Shown piece after piece: positions 30,552 through 39,500 of a stretch of DNA of 64,000 nucleotides. Position 1 is the stretch's first letter; the number at the start of each line of letters is the position of its first letter. Under the pieces are notes generated by a model. The model made no database searches. It saw only the letters and a list, made by a program, of their open reading frames with translations, and had not been told where the DNA came from. The stretch comes from Candidatus Izemoplasmatales bacterium (GTDB lineage Bacteria > Bacillota_I > Bacilli_A > Izemoplasmatales > Hujiaoplasmataceae). Location: contig JBFXGX010000002.1 of assembly GCA_050177605.1 (NCBI GenBank), forward strand, positions 64,001-128,000, written 5' to 3'. Made by a program: the position numbers and the translations under genes.

Positions 30552-31460
30552 ATGAAAAAAACAATGATATTAGGGGTATTCATTCTCCTGAGTGTCATGT
30601 TCGTTGCTTGTGATGAGGTCGTGACAACGACCTCTTCTTCACTTAGTGAGTCAACGACTACCACTTTGTCTGAAGTGACAACAGAAACAGATAGTTGTAA
30701 AGCGACGAATATGAGTTATGATTATAACAGTTTAAATTATAATCTTGTTTTTGCGGATGAATTTGACAAGGAAACAGGAACTCCTTCCATCAATAAATGG
30801 CGTTATCAAACGGGTGATGGTGGTTGGGGAAACAACGAATTACAATATTATACAGACGGTAATAATTCGATCATTGAAAATTATGAAATGGTGATTACCG
30901 CGCGAAAAGAAGATATGGGAGATTCCCACTATACGAGTAGTCGGATGAACAGTATAAAAAGTTTTCTCTATGGTAAGTTCGAAATCAAAGCGAAACTTCC
31001 TGCCGGAAGTGGAACTTGGCCAGCGATTTGGATGATGCCTTCTGCTAGTATGTATGGCGGTTGGCCAAACAGTGGTGAAATTGATATCATGGAACATGTA
31101 GGAACGGATATGAATAAGATCCATTTCAGTGTTCATACTGAAAAATATTATTTCAAGATTAACACGCAAAAGACCTTTGTCGCAACCATCCCGAATGTAT
31201 CGACGACCTACCATGTATATGGTCTTGAATGGCTACCTGATAAGTTAATCTTTTCGGTTGATGGTACTCAATATTTCACCTATACGCCGACGGACTATGT
31301 TGCCTGTCCAACTTCGGCTGAGTGGCCATTTGATAGACCGTTCTATTTAATCCTCAATATTGCACTCGGTGGATGGGGCGGAACACCTTATACTGGTTTT
31401 GAAGAAGAATCGATGTATATTGACTATGTCAGGGTGTATCAAGCAGATAATCTTTTTTAA
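30552..31460 (+). CDS. GH16 endo-beta-1,3-glucanase lipoprotein
   Basis: Lipobox FVAC, Ser/Thr linker, GWGNNELQYY, WPAIWM, EIDIME, IDYVRVYQ. Confidence 0.93.
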   Translation: MKKTMILGVFILLSVMFVACDEVVTTTSSSLSESTTTTLSEVTTETDSCKATNMSYDYNSLNYNLVFADEFDKETGTPSINKWRYQTGDGGWGNNELQYYTDGNNSIIENYEMVITARKEDMGDSHYTSSRMNSIKSFLYGKFEIKAKLPAGSGTWPAIWMMPSASMYGGWPNSGEIDIMEHVGTDMNKIHFSVHTEKYYFKINTQKTFVATIPNVSTTYHVYGLEWLPDKLIFSVDGTQYFTYTPTDYVACPTSAEWPFDRPFYLILNIALGGWGGTPYTGFEEESMYIDYVRVYQADNLF

Positions 31461-31531
31461 AAAACACATAAACACATCACGAGAGTATGATATAATGTAC
31501 TTAAAATAAAGGGAAGAATAGGTTGTGCCGT

Positions 31532-32203
31532 ATGGATTTACAACGAACAGAACTCAAGTTTTTATTAACTTTTGATGAATATCGAAAACTAAAGACTGAA
31601 CTCGAAATGCTTTGTTCTCTTGATCCACATTCTGATCAACAAGAAGGCCATTATCATATTCAAAGTCTTTATTTTGATGACTTATATGATTCGAAAGTGA
31701 TGGAAAAAGCAGACGGGATTGAACTTCATACAAAATATCGAATTCGAACCTATAATAACGGTGGAATTCGTTTAGAGTATAAGACGAAATCTGGCAATTT
31801 AACAGCGAAACAACAACTCTGGTTGACAAATGAATTAGTAGATGCTATTCTCAGTCAAAACTATGCAGTTTTATACCATCATTTAGACGATCCATTGGTT
31901 GAACAAATGCTGATAAGAATGAAACTTGATCACTTAAAACCAAGTTTATATATTGATTATGATCGGGAAGCTTATTTGTACCCTGCTGGTGATACGCGAA
32001 TCACTTTTGATAAAAATATCACAGTATCAACCTATGGTAGAGGCGAGTTCAAACGGAAAGTATTGGAGCCTGGACATTTGATTTTGGAAGTGAAGTATAA
32101 TGCCGTTCTTCCTGATCGGATTGCTAAAGTGGTTTTTCACCGTAATTATCAAGTAATTTCGTATTCAAAATATTACATGGGTTGGGTATTAACCCAAATA
32201 TAG
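31532..32203 (+). CDS. VTC-domain (polyphosphate polymerase-like, CYTH/TTM superfamily) protein
   Basis: RTELKF, SLYFD, KYRIRTY, LEYK, YDREAY, RITFD, LEVKY, SKY; own extended -10 at 31488-31496. Confidence 0.88.
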   Translation: MDLQRTELKFLLTFDEYRKLKTELEMLCSLDPHSDQQEGHYHIQSLYFDDLYDSKVMEKADGIELHTKYRIRTYNNGGIRLEYKTKSGNLTAKQQLWLTNELVDAILSQNYAVLYHHLDDPLVEQMLIRMKLDHLKPSLYIDYDREAYLYPAGDTRITFDKNITVSTYGRGEFKRKVLEPGHLILEVKYNAVLPDRIAKVVFHRNYQVISYSKYYMGWVLTQI

Positions 32204-32219
32204 AAATGAGGACTAATAA

Positions 32220-32891
32220 ATGATTACACTATCGATTCTGGATATGTTTGGTGAACTAGAGAGTTTAGACTTAACCATTCCGGAAATAATTCTTAATTTA
32301 CTGATTGCACTTCTTATTAGTTTATGGGTTCTTTGGGTATACAAGAAAAGTTACCAAACCACCGTATACAATAAAAGTTTTTCAATGACTTTACCAATTT
32401 CAGCACTTGTCACAACCATGGTCATTATGGCTGTGTCTAGTAACGTCATTTTGTCTCTAGGAATGGTTGGTGCGCTTTCGATTGTTAGATTCCGTACCGC
32501 AATTAAAAACCCACTAGATACGATATTTATGTTCTGGGCAGTGGGTATTGGTATTACAGTTGGGGCAGATTCAAGCGTTTTAGCGATTATCGGTAGTATT
32601 GTCATTGGACTAGGTATTTTATTTGTTCAATCTCTTGAAATATTTACAACACCATACATTTTGATACTCACGCTGAAACAACCGTATGATACAACCTTGA
32701 TTCAAAGTGAAGTGAAGAAAATTTATCCAAAATATCAACTTCGAAATCAATCGATGTTAAAAGATAAAGCTGAATTTACCTATGAAATTCGTGGAAAAAA
32801 ATCAATAGAAACCATGGTTGAACCTCTTAAAAATATTGAAGGTGTTGAACAAGTATTACTCCTTTCTTATAGAGGCGACTACGTTTTATAG
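32220..32891 (+). CDS. DUF4956 family membrane protein
   Basis: SLGMVGALSIVRFRTAIK signature, TM helices, C-terminal ACT-like domain. Confidence 0.9.
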   Translation: MITLSILDMFGELESLDLTIPEIILNLLIALLISLWVLWVYKKSYQTTVYNKSFSMTLPISALVTTMVIMAVSSNVILSLGMVGALSIVRFRTAIKNPLDTIFMFWAVGIGITVGADSSVLAIIGSIVIGLGILFVQSLEIFTTPYILILTLKQPYDTTLIQSEVKKIYPKYQLRNQSMLKDKAEFTYEIRGKKSIETMVEPLKNIEGVEQVLLLSYRGDYVL

Positions 32892-32908
32892 AAAGATAGG
32901 GATCATTG

Positions 32909-33451
32909 ATGTCTACAAAATACATCCTCTATTATAAGACAAACGAAAGCGATACTTTTATCGCTTTTCTTGGTTTATTAGAAGACGTTAAGATTGAAGA
33001 AATCAATCATCAATTTTTGGTTTTATCGATTGAAAAAGAGGACTTTGATATCAATCAATTAAGGCAACTTTCTGCCGAAGAACTATATACAGATATGTCT
33101 TCATTTTTATTACCAGTTAATGAATATCTCGATGTCGAGATGGTGATGTTATTATTACCAAAACTAGGGCTCGGATCATTCGATATTGCGGATTTAATCG
33201 CTATGATCGGAAAAACGCAAAATACCTATAAAGATTATTTTAAAGATTTATATGTGTCAATGTTTGGGTGGGAAACCATCGATTCAATCCTTGGTTTTGT
33301 CGAAAATGATTTAAATGCTTCAAAGACATCTAAAAATTTATATATGCATCGCAATACGCTGAATTACAGATTAGATCATTTTGAACAAAAATCAGGATTA
33401 TTCATCCGTCATTTTAAAGGTGCATTTGCATTTTATCTCTTATTTAGTTAA
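32909..33451 (+). CDS. PucR/CdaR-type HTH protein (YxkF-like, short)
   Basis: NASKTSKNLYMHRNTLNYRLD helix-turn-helix; directly upstream of msmX. Confidence 0.85.
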   Translation: MSTKYILYYKTNESDTFIAFLGLLEDVKIEEINHQFLVLSIEKEDFDINQLRQLSAEELYTDMSSFLLPVNEYLDVEMVMLLLPKLGLGSFDIADLIAMIGKTQNTYKDYFKDLYVSMFGWETIDSILGFVENDLNASKTSKNLYMHRNTLNYRLDHFEQKSGLFIRHFKGAFAFYLLFS

Positions 33452-33532
33452 TCTTTGTGCAACTTGCATATAGGTTATCGATAGAGAAAGGATTATAATA
33501 TTTACGAAAACCAATTTTAAGGAGGTATTACT

Positions 33533-34660
33533 TTGGCAACATTAACTTTTAAGAATCTTGATAAAGTCTATGATAATGGTGTTCAAGCCGTATTTGACTT
33601 TAGTTTAGATGTAAAACACAAAGAATTTATCGTATTCGTCGGTCCTTCTGGATGTGGAAAATCTACAACACTTCGTATGGTTGCTGGTCTTGAAGAAATT
33701 ACAGCTGGAGAACTTTATATTGATGATGTGCTTGTAAACGATGTCGCACCAAAAGACAGAAATATCGCGATGGTATTCCAATCTTACGCCTTATATCCTC
33801 ATATGTCAGTTTATGATAATATGGCGTTTGGTTTAAAACTTCGTAAAATGCCAAAAGACGAAATTGAAAGAAGAGTAAAAAAAGCAGCAGATATCTTAGG
33901 TTTAACTGGTTATTTAGATCGTAAACCAAAAGCATTATCTGGTGGACAAAGACAACGTGTGGCTTTAGGTAGAGCAATCGTTCGTGATGCAAAAGTGTTC
34001 TTAATGGATGAACCTTTAAGTAACCTTGATGCTAAACTAAGAGTAGCGATGAGAGCTGAATTAATTAAATTACATGAAACACTAGACACGACTACTATCT
34101 ATGTAACCCATGACCAAATTGAAGCGATGACGATGGCTTCTAGAATTGTTGTTATGAAAGATGGATATATTCAACAAATCGGTGCACCAAAAGAAATTTA
34201 TGACAATCCAAACAATATGTTCGTTGGTGGATTCATTGGAACACCAGCAATGAACTTCTTAACTGGTGAAGTTCAAGATGATGGTTATTTCTATTGTGAA
34301 AATTTAAAATTAGAAGTTCCTGCACCTAAATTTGCAATGTTAAAAGAAAAAGATTATTTAAATTGCCCAATCGTTTTAGGTATTCGTCCTGAAGATATTC
34401 ATGATGAAGTTGTTGCGCTAGAAACTTACAAAACTTCAAAAGCTGAATTACTTGTGGATGTTGCCGAACTTCTTGGAGCGGAAACAAACATTCATATCGC
34501 TATCGGTGGATCAAACATTATTGCAAAAGTAAATGCACGTAGTGATGTTCATATCGGTGACAAAATTCCTCTAGCTTTCAACATGAACAAATGTCATTTC
34601 TTCAATGTTGATACAGAACTTAGATTGACTAAATTCTCAAAAGGAAGAAACGCAGAATAA
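33533..34660 (+). CDS. msmX: Multiple-sugar ABC transporter ATPase (MsmX/MalK type)
   Basis: GPSGCGKST, LSGGQRQR, MDEPLSNLD, C-terminal OB/TOBE region. Confidence 0.93.
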   Translation: MATLTFKNLDKVYDNGVQAVFDFSLDVKHKEFIVFVGPSGCGKSTTLRMVAGLEEITAGELYIDDVLVNDVAPKDRNIAMVFQSYALYPHMSVYDNMAFGLKLRKMPKDEIERRVKKAADILGLTGYLDRKPKALSGGQRQRVALGRAIVRDAKVFLMDEPLSNLDAKLRVAMRAELIKLHETLDTTTIYVTHDQIEAMTMASRIVVMKDGYIQQIGAPKEIYDNPNNMFVGGFIGTPAMNFLTGEVQDDGYFYCENLKLEVPAPKFAMLKEKDYLNCPIVLGIRPEDIHDEVVALETYKTSKAELLVDVAELLGAETNIHIAIGGSNIIAKVNARSDVHIGDKIPLAFNMNKCHFFNVDTELRLTKFSKGRNAE

Positions 34661-34665
34661 TTATC

Positions 34666-34693
34666 AAAAGCCACTTTCGTAGTGGCTTTTTTT
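34666..34693 (+). terminator. Intrinsic terminator
   Basis: AAAAGCCACT-TTCGT-AGTGGCTTTTTTT. Confidence 0.85.
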
Positions 34694-34753
34694 ATGGTTT
34701 TTTTCAAATAACAATTCCTTGTTTCTATGATATCCTTAACTAGGGGTGGCATC

Positions 34754-35167
34754 GTGGATTATCTAGTGAAAGATCAGTATGGCGAAGTATTTGTCGTAGA
34801 AAATCATCAAATCACCAAAGTTGATTGTTCGCTTGAGAGGTATTTAAATCACTTGCTTGAACTACGTCTTTCTTCACTTCAGGCAACGCTCAAATCAGTG
34901 AAAAGAAATTTAAATATCGCTCATTTAACACCACTTTATATTAATCAAAAAACACTTTTGTTTCCATTATCTGGTAGAAGAAGTAAAGAGACAATTTATC
35001 TAAACTTTCACCAAATTGACCAAATAGAAACGCATCACCAACATCAGGCGATCATCTCATTTAAAAATAATCACCAAATGATTTTGTCTTCAAGAAAGAC
35101 ACTCTATCGTGGGTTAACTAAATGTGAAAAAATCATTGACTATCTAAATGAGATAAATTCAAAATAA
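34754..35167 (+). CDS. ComK-family-like protein
   Basis: SSLQATLKSVKRNL...PLYI...LLFPL...IYLN...IISFKN pattern resembles ComK; probable GTG start after GGGGTG. Confidence 0.65.
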   Translation: MDYLVKDQYGEVFVVENHQITKVDCSLERYLNHLLELRLSSLQATLKSVKRNLNIAHLTPLYINQKTLLFPLSGRRSKETIYLNFHQIDQIETHHQHQAIISFKNNHQMILSSRKTLYRGLTKCEKIIDYLNEINSK

Positions 35168-35269
35168 GAAAATGTTTTCATTTTTACAAAAGCCATACAT
35201 TTAAGTAGAATTTTTAATATAAAAATAGTATAATGAGTATTGTTGTAAGCGATATTTTAGGAGGACAAT

Positions 35270-36496
35270 ATGAAAAAGAAAACGGTCGAAGACCTATTTG
35301 TTTCTGGAAAAAAAGTACTCGTAAGAGTAGATTTTAACGTTCCAATGGATAACGGAGTAATTACTGATGATAATCGTATCAAACAAGCTTTACCTACAAT
35401 TAAATACCTTTTAGAAGAAGACGGAAAGGTAATCTTGTTTAGCCATTTAGGCCGTGTTAAATCAGAAGCAGACAAAGCCAGTGCAAGTTTAGCACCAGCC
35501 GCTGCTAGACTATCCGAGTTATTAGGGCAAACAGTGAAATTTGTTCCTTTCACAAGAGGGCCAGAATTAGAAAAAGCCATCAATGAATTAAAAAATGGCG
35601 AAGCATTAATGTTTGAAAACACAAGATTTGAAGATATTAATGGTAAAAAAGAATCTTCAAATGATCCAGAACTTGGCGCATACTGGGCAAGCCTAGGAGA
35701 TGTATTCGTTAACGATGCATTCGGTACTGCTCACCGTGCACATGCTAGTAATGTAGGTATCGCATCTCATTTAGATAGCGCTGCTGGCTTCTTAGTAGAA
35801 AAAGAATTACGTTATATTGGAGATGCTGTTGACAATCCTGATCGTCCTTTCGTTGCGATTTTAGGTGGGGCAAAAGTATCTGATAAAATTGCAGTGATTG
35901 AAAACCTACTTAAAAAAGCTGATAAAGTATTAATTGGTGGAGGTATGGCTTATACTTTCATGAAATCTCAAGGATACAATATTGGTACTTCAATTTGCGA
36001 AGATGATAAATTAGAACTTGCTAAAAGTTTACTAGATAAAGCAAATGGCAAATTAATTCTTCCAGTGGACTTAGTTGTGACTGAAGAATTTAAAGCTGAT
36101 GCAGCTTCAAGAATCACTACTTACAAAGACATCAAAGCAAACGAAATGGGCTTAGATGTTGGACCTAAGACAATCGAACTATTCAAAAAAGAATTAAAAG
36201 GTGCAAAAACAGTGGTATGGAATGGACCTCTTGGAGTATTCGAATTTGAACAATTCGCCAAAGGAACCAAAGCTATTTGTGAAATTCTTGCGGGATTAAA
36301 AGACGCAAAAACAATTATCGGTGGTGGAGATAGTGCCGCTGCAGCGATTTCAATGGGCTTTGAAAAAGACTTTACTCATATTTCAACTGGTGGTGGAGCT
36401 TCTTTAGAATATTTAGAAGGACAACCTCTTCCTGGTGTAGAAGCTTTAGCAGACGCACCGAAATGTAATTGCGGCGACGCAGGATGTGATTGCTAG
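35270..36496 (+). CDS. pgk: Phosphoglycerate kinase
   Basis: [41 protein letters not shown]. Confidence 0.99.
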   Translation: MKKKTVEDLFVSGKKVLVRVDFNVPMDNGVITDDNRIKQALPTIKYLLEEDGKVILFSHLGRVKSEADKASASLAPAAARLSELLGQTVKFVPFTRGPELEKAINELKNGEALMFENTRFEDINGKKESSNDPELGAYWASLGDVFVNDAFGTAHRAHASNVGIASHLDSAAGFLVEKELRYIGDAVDNPDRPFVAILGGAKVSDKIAVIENLLKKADKVLIGGGMAYTFMKSQGYNIGTSICEDDKLELAKSLLDKANGKLILPVDLVVTEEFKADAASRITTYKDIKANEMGLDVGPKTIELFKKELKGAKTVVWNGPLGVFEFEQFAKGTKAICEILAGLKDAKTIIGGGDSAAAAISMGFEKDFTHISTGGGASLEYLEGQPLPGVEALADAPKCNCGDAGCDC

Positions 36497-36502
36497 TACC
36501 TG

Positions 36503-37045
36503 ATGTTAGGGATTGGCAATAAGATTCGAGAGTTACGTTTAGAAAACGGATTAACCCAAGAAGAACTTGCGGATCGTAGTGAATTATCAAAAGGATTTAT
36601 CTCCCAACTTGAAAGTGATAAAACCTCACCTTCGATTGAGACCCTACAAGATATTCTTGAAGTCCTTGGAACAAACCTTTCTGATTTCTTTTCGAAAGAG
36701 GAAGAAGAAGTATTTGTATTTACTGAATCTGAATTTTTTGAAAAAATAGATCATGAAAAAAATATTAAAATCAGTTGGATTGTGCCCAATGCACAAAAAT
36801 ATGAAATGGAACCCATTTTACTTGAACTGAGTCCAAGTGGAGTAGCTTATGATGATGAGCCACATGCTGGTGAAGAATTTGGCTATGTATTAGAAGGCGA
36901 AGTTATTTTAAAGGTGGGAAAGAAGAAAGCAAAACTTGAAAAAGGACAAACTTTTTATTACATTTCTAACAAAGCTCATTCATTAGAAAATCATTCAAAT
37001 CATAACGCGGTGGTTCTTTGGGTATCCACGCCACCAATGTTTTAA
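36503..37045 (+). CDS. XRE-family HTH-cupin transcriptional regulator (PuuR-like)
   Basis: LTQEELADRSELSKGFISQLE HTH; HAGEEFGYVLEG cupin. Confidence 0.92.
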   Translation: MLGIGNKIRELRLENGLTQEELADRSELSKGFISQLESDKTSPSIETLQDILEVLGTNLSDFFSKEEEEVFVFTESEFFEKIDHEKNIKISWIVPNAQKYEMEPILLELSPSGVAYDDEPHAGEEFGYVLEGEVILKVGKKKAKLEKGQTFYYISNKAHSLENHSNHNAVVLWVSTPPMF

Positions 37046-37059
37046 AAAGGAGAACGCAA

Positions 37060-37305
37060 ATGGAAAAAACAATTACCATTAAATCAACACATGGTTTACA
37101 TGCTGAACTAGCAGCTAAAATCGTTCAGACTGCAAGTAAATATGATGTAGATATTAAATTAGTTTATGCACATGTCACAATTGATGCCAAATCAATTTTA
37201 GGATTAATGAGTTTAGCCGTACCTCAAGGCGAAAATGTAAAATTAATCGCAGTTGGAGATAATGCAGCAACTGCAATTTCAGACATTGAAAAAGTGTTAG
37301 CGTAA
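37060..37305 (+). CDS. HPr-family phosphocarrier protein, atypical active site
   Basis: GLHA motif and DAKSILGLMSL (Ser46 motif); ATG 37060 after AAGGAG. Confidence 0.9.
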   Translation: MEKTITIKSTHGLHAELAAKIVQTASKYDVDIKLVYAHVTIDAKSILGLMSLAVPQGENVKLIAVGDNAATAISDIEKVLA

Positions 37306-37306
37306 T

Positions 37307-38062
37307 ATGAGAAAACCTATTATCGCTGGCAATTGGAAAATGTTCAAGACCAGAGATGAAGCTTTATACTTCATTTTAAAAGTATCAACGATGGTGCCAG
37401 ACATTGAAAAGGTTGATACTGTTGTTGTTTCGCAAGCTCCATTATTAAGAGACCTTGTGAAACGCCAAGGAGATAATCTACGTATTGGTGCACAAAATCT
37501 TTATTTTGAAGATGAAGGCGCATTTACAGGAGAGGTATCTGGTGCTTTACTTGCTAGTTACAATGTTGAATACGTTGTAATCGGACATAGTGAAAGAAGA
37601 AATATCTTCCATGAAACCGATGAAGAGGTCAACAAGAAATTAGTCGCAGCATTAAGAAATGAAATTACTCCAATCGTTTGTGTCGGCGAACACTTAAGTG
37701 AACGCGAAAACAATCAAACGAATGATGTTTTACGTACGCAATTAACAAAAGCTTTTGAGGGTATTAGTGAAGAAGACGCTTTAAAAGTTGTCATCGCATA
37801 TGAACCAATATGGGCAATCGGTACAGGTAAAACAGCGACAGCTGATGTTGCGAATGAAACTTGTGGATTTGTTCGTCATATGGTTGAAGAACTTTATTCA
37901 AAAGAAACTTCAGAATTAGTTCGTATTCAATATGGTGGTTCAGTAAAACCAGAAAATATTGAAGAATTATTATCGAAAGAACACATTGATGGTGCATTAA
38001 TCGGTGGAGCATCCCTTGATCCAGATAAATTCATCGCAATGGCTAAAGCAGCAGTAAAATAA
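37307..38062 (+). CDS. tpiA: Triosephosphate isomerase
   Basis: AGNWKM, GHSERR, AYEPIWAIGTG, YGGSVK. Confidence 0.99.
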   Translation: MRKPIIAGNWKMFKTRDEALYFILKVSTMVPDIEKVDTVVVSQAPLLRDLVKRQGDNLRIGAQNLYFEDEGAFTGEVSGALLASYNVEYVVIGHSERRNIFHETDEEVNKKLVAALRNEITPIVCVGEHLSERENNQTNDVLRTQLTKAFEGISEEDALKVVIAYEPIWAIGTGKTATADVANETCGFVRHMVEELYSKETSELVRIQYGGSVKPENIEELLSKEHIDGALIGGASLDPDKFIAMAKAAVK

Positions 38063-38068
38063 ATCATT

Positions 38069-38094
38069 GGAACTCAACTGAGTTCCTTTTTTTT
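38069..38094 (+). terminator. Terminator of tpiA
   Basis: GGAACTC-AACT-GAGTTCC-TTTTTTTT. Confidence 0.88.
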
Positions 38095-38108
38095 CGTGAT
38101 AAATTGGC

Positions 38109-38139
38109 AAAAAAAAACGCATCCGAAGGGATGCGTTTT
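38109..38139 (-). terminator. Terminator of rpsD
   Basis: A-run then ACGCATCC-GAAG-GGATGCGT hairpin. Confidence 0.88.
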
Positions 38140-38146
38140 AAATATC

Positions 38147-38746
38147 TTACTTATTGTATAACTCAACGATAAGATTTTCTTTAATTTCAGGTAAAATTTC
38201 GCTTCTTTCTGGTAAACGTACGAAAGTTGCAGTGTTGTTGTTATCATCAAAGCTGACGAATTCAACTCTACTCACAACAGCTTCTAACGCTTCTTTAATC
38301 ACGACTAAGTCTTTGGATCCTTCTTTAACAGAAATCACTTGACCTGGTTTTAATCTCATTGAAGGGATACTAGCTTTTGTACCATTCACTAAGATGTGTC
38401 CATGATTAACAAGTTGGCGAGCTTGTTGACGAGTTCTTGCAAATCCAGCACGGAATACGAGGTTATCTAATCTTGATTCTAATAAGAATAAGAAGTTTGC
38501 ACCTTGTTTACCAGCCATTTTCTTTGCTTCATTGAATGTTTTACGGAATTGTTTTTCATTTACTCCGTAAGTAAATCTCACTCTTTGTTTTTCTTGTAAC
38601 TGAACACCGTATTCAGATAACTTAGAACGTTTTTGTCCATGTTGCCCTGGAGCATATGGACGTTTGTTAAGCTCTTTACCAGTTTCAGAGATAGAATAAC
38701 CTAAACGACGAGATACTTTCCATTCAGAACCTAAAAATCTTGACAT
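38147..38746 (-). CDS. rpsD: 30S ribosomal protein S4
   Basis: [31 protein letters not shown]. Confidence 0.99.
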   Translation of the reverse strand: MSRFLGSEWKVSRRLGYSISETGKELNKRPYAPGQHGQKRSKLSEYGVQLQEKQRVRFTYGVNEKQFRKTFNEAKKMAGKQGANFLFLLESRLDNLVFRAGFARTRQQARQLVNHGHILVNGTKASIPSMRLKPGQVISVKEGSKDLVVIKEALEAVVSRVEFVSFDDNNNTATFVRLPERSEILPEIKENLIVELYNK

Positions 38747-38759
38747 ATATTTTCCTCCT

Positions 38760-38917
38760 TAATTTATTTACGTGTAACAAGTGAGGAGTCTTTCACTAAA
38801 TCTTTGAGATTATTTTGATGGGTTCTAGTTAAGCAGTTAACAATACTACCAAACCATATTAGGAACAATCTCTAAAAAACTTATAAATAAAGACAACTGC
38901 TTTTTATTACATGCGCA
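38760..38917 (-). ncRNA. Putative S4-binding rpsD leader RNA
   Basis: ~170-nt UTR with pairings UGUAAUAA/UUGUUACA (38904-38911/38773-38780) and GCAGUU/AACUGC (38895-38900/38833-38838). Confidence 0.65.
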
Positions 38918-38923
38918 CGTGAT

Positions 38924-38952
38924 ATTATAACCTAATACCTATAAAATGTCAA
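38924..38952 (-). promoter_or_regulatory. Consensus sigma-A promoter of rpsD
   Basis: TTGACA (38952-38947) -17 nt- TATAAT (38929-38924) on the minus strand. Confidence 0.9.
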
Positions 38953-39418
38953 CCAAAAGATGAACTGCTTTTTCTAGATATAATTGATCCTGTTTCGAAA
39001 ATCTAGAAAGGCTCGGACTATCTAAATCGAGCACACCATAGAGCATCCCATTTTTAATGATTGGAATGACGATTTCCGACTTCGATAAAGGGTCGCAAGC
39101 TATGTGTCCAGGAAATGCATGAGTATCATCAACGAGAACAGTTTTTCTCTCTTTTGCAGCAGTACCACAAACTCCCTTGCCGATTTCTATTTCAACACAT
39201 GCTGGTTTTCCTTGAAAAGGACCCAGGACGAGTTTCCCCTCATGGAATAAATAAAAACCAGCCCAATTCACATCTTCAAAAAAGTCATAAACAATTGCAC
39301 TAAAATTAGCGAGATTTGAGATGTCAAGTAGAAACTTATCTAGATATCCTTTGACATAACTTATGAATAGTTCATATCTTTCTTCTTTTGAAATTTCTTT
39401 ATTTGGATGGGTATACAT
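38939..39418 (-). CDS. msrC: GAF-domain free methionine-R-sulfoxide reductase
   Basis: NWAGFY, LGPFQGKPAC, GKGVCG, HIACD, SEIVIP, LDLDS; ATG at 39418. Confidence 0.9.
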   Translation of the reverse strand: MYTHPNKEISKEERYELFISYVKGYLDKFLLDISNLANFSAIVYDFFEDVNWAGFYLFHEGKLVLGPFQGKPACVEIEIGKGVCGTAAKERKTVLVDDTHAFPGHIACDPLSKSEIVIPIIKNGMLYGVLDLDSPSLSRFSKQDQLYLEKAVHLLVDIL

Positions 39419-39500
39419 TTTATCACCGTGACAATTATAAAATAGTTTCCAATAATTTTCAATAAATATGATAAAATAGAGTGTGGTAAAGGGTGATTTT

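Noticed and set aside
5643..33451. Glucan locus as a recently acquired mobile island
   Set aside because: No transposase, integrase or terminal repeats seen, and no obvious compositional shift by eye.
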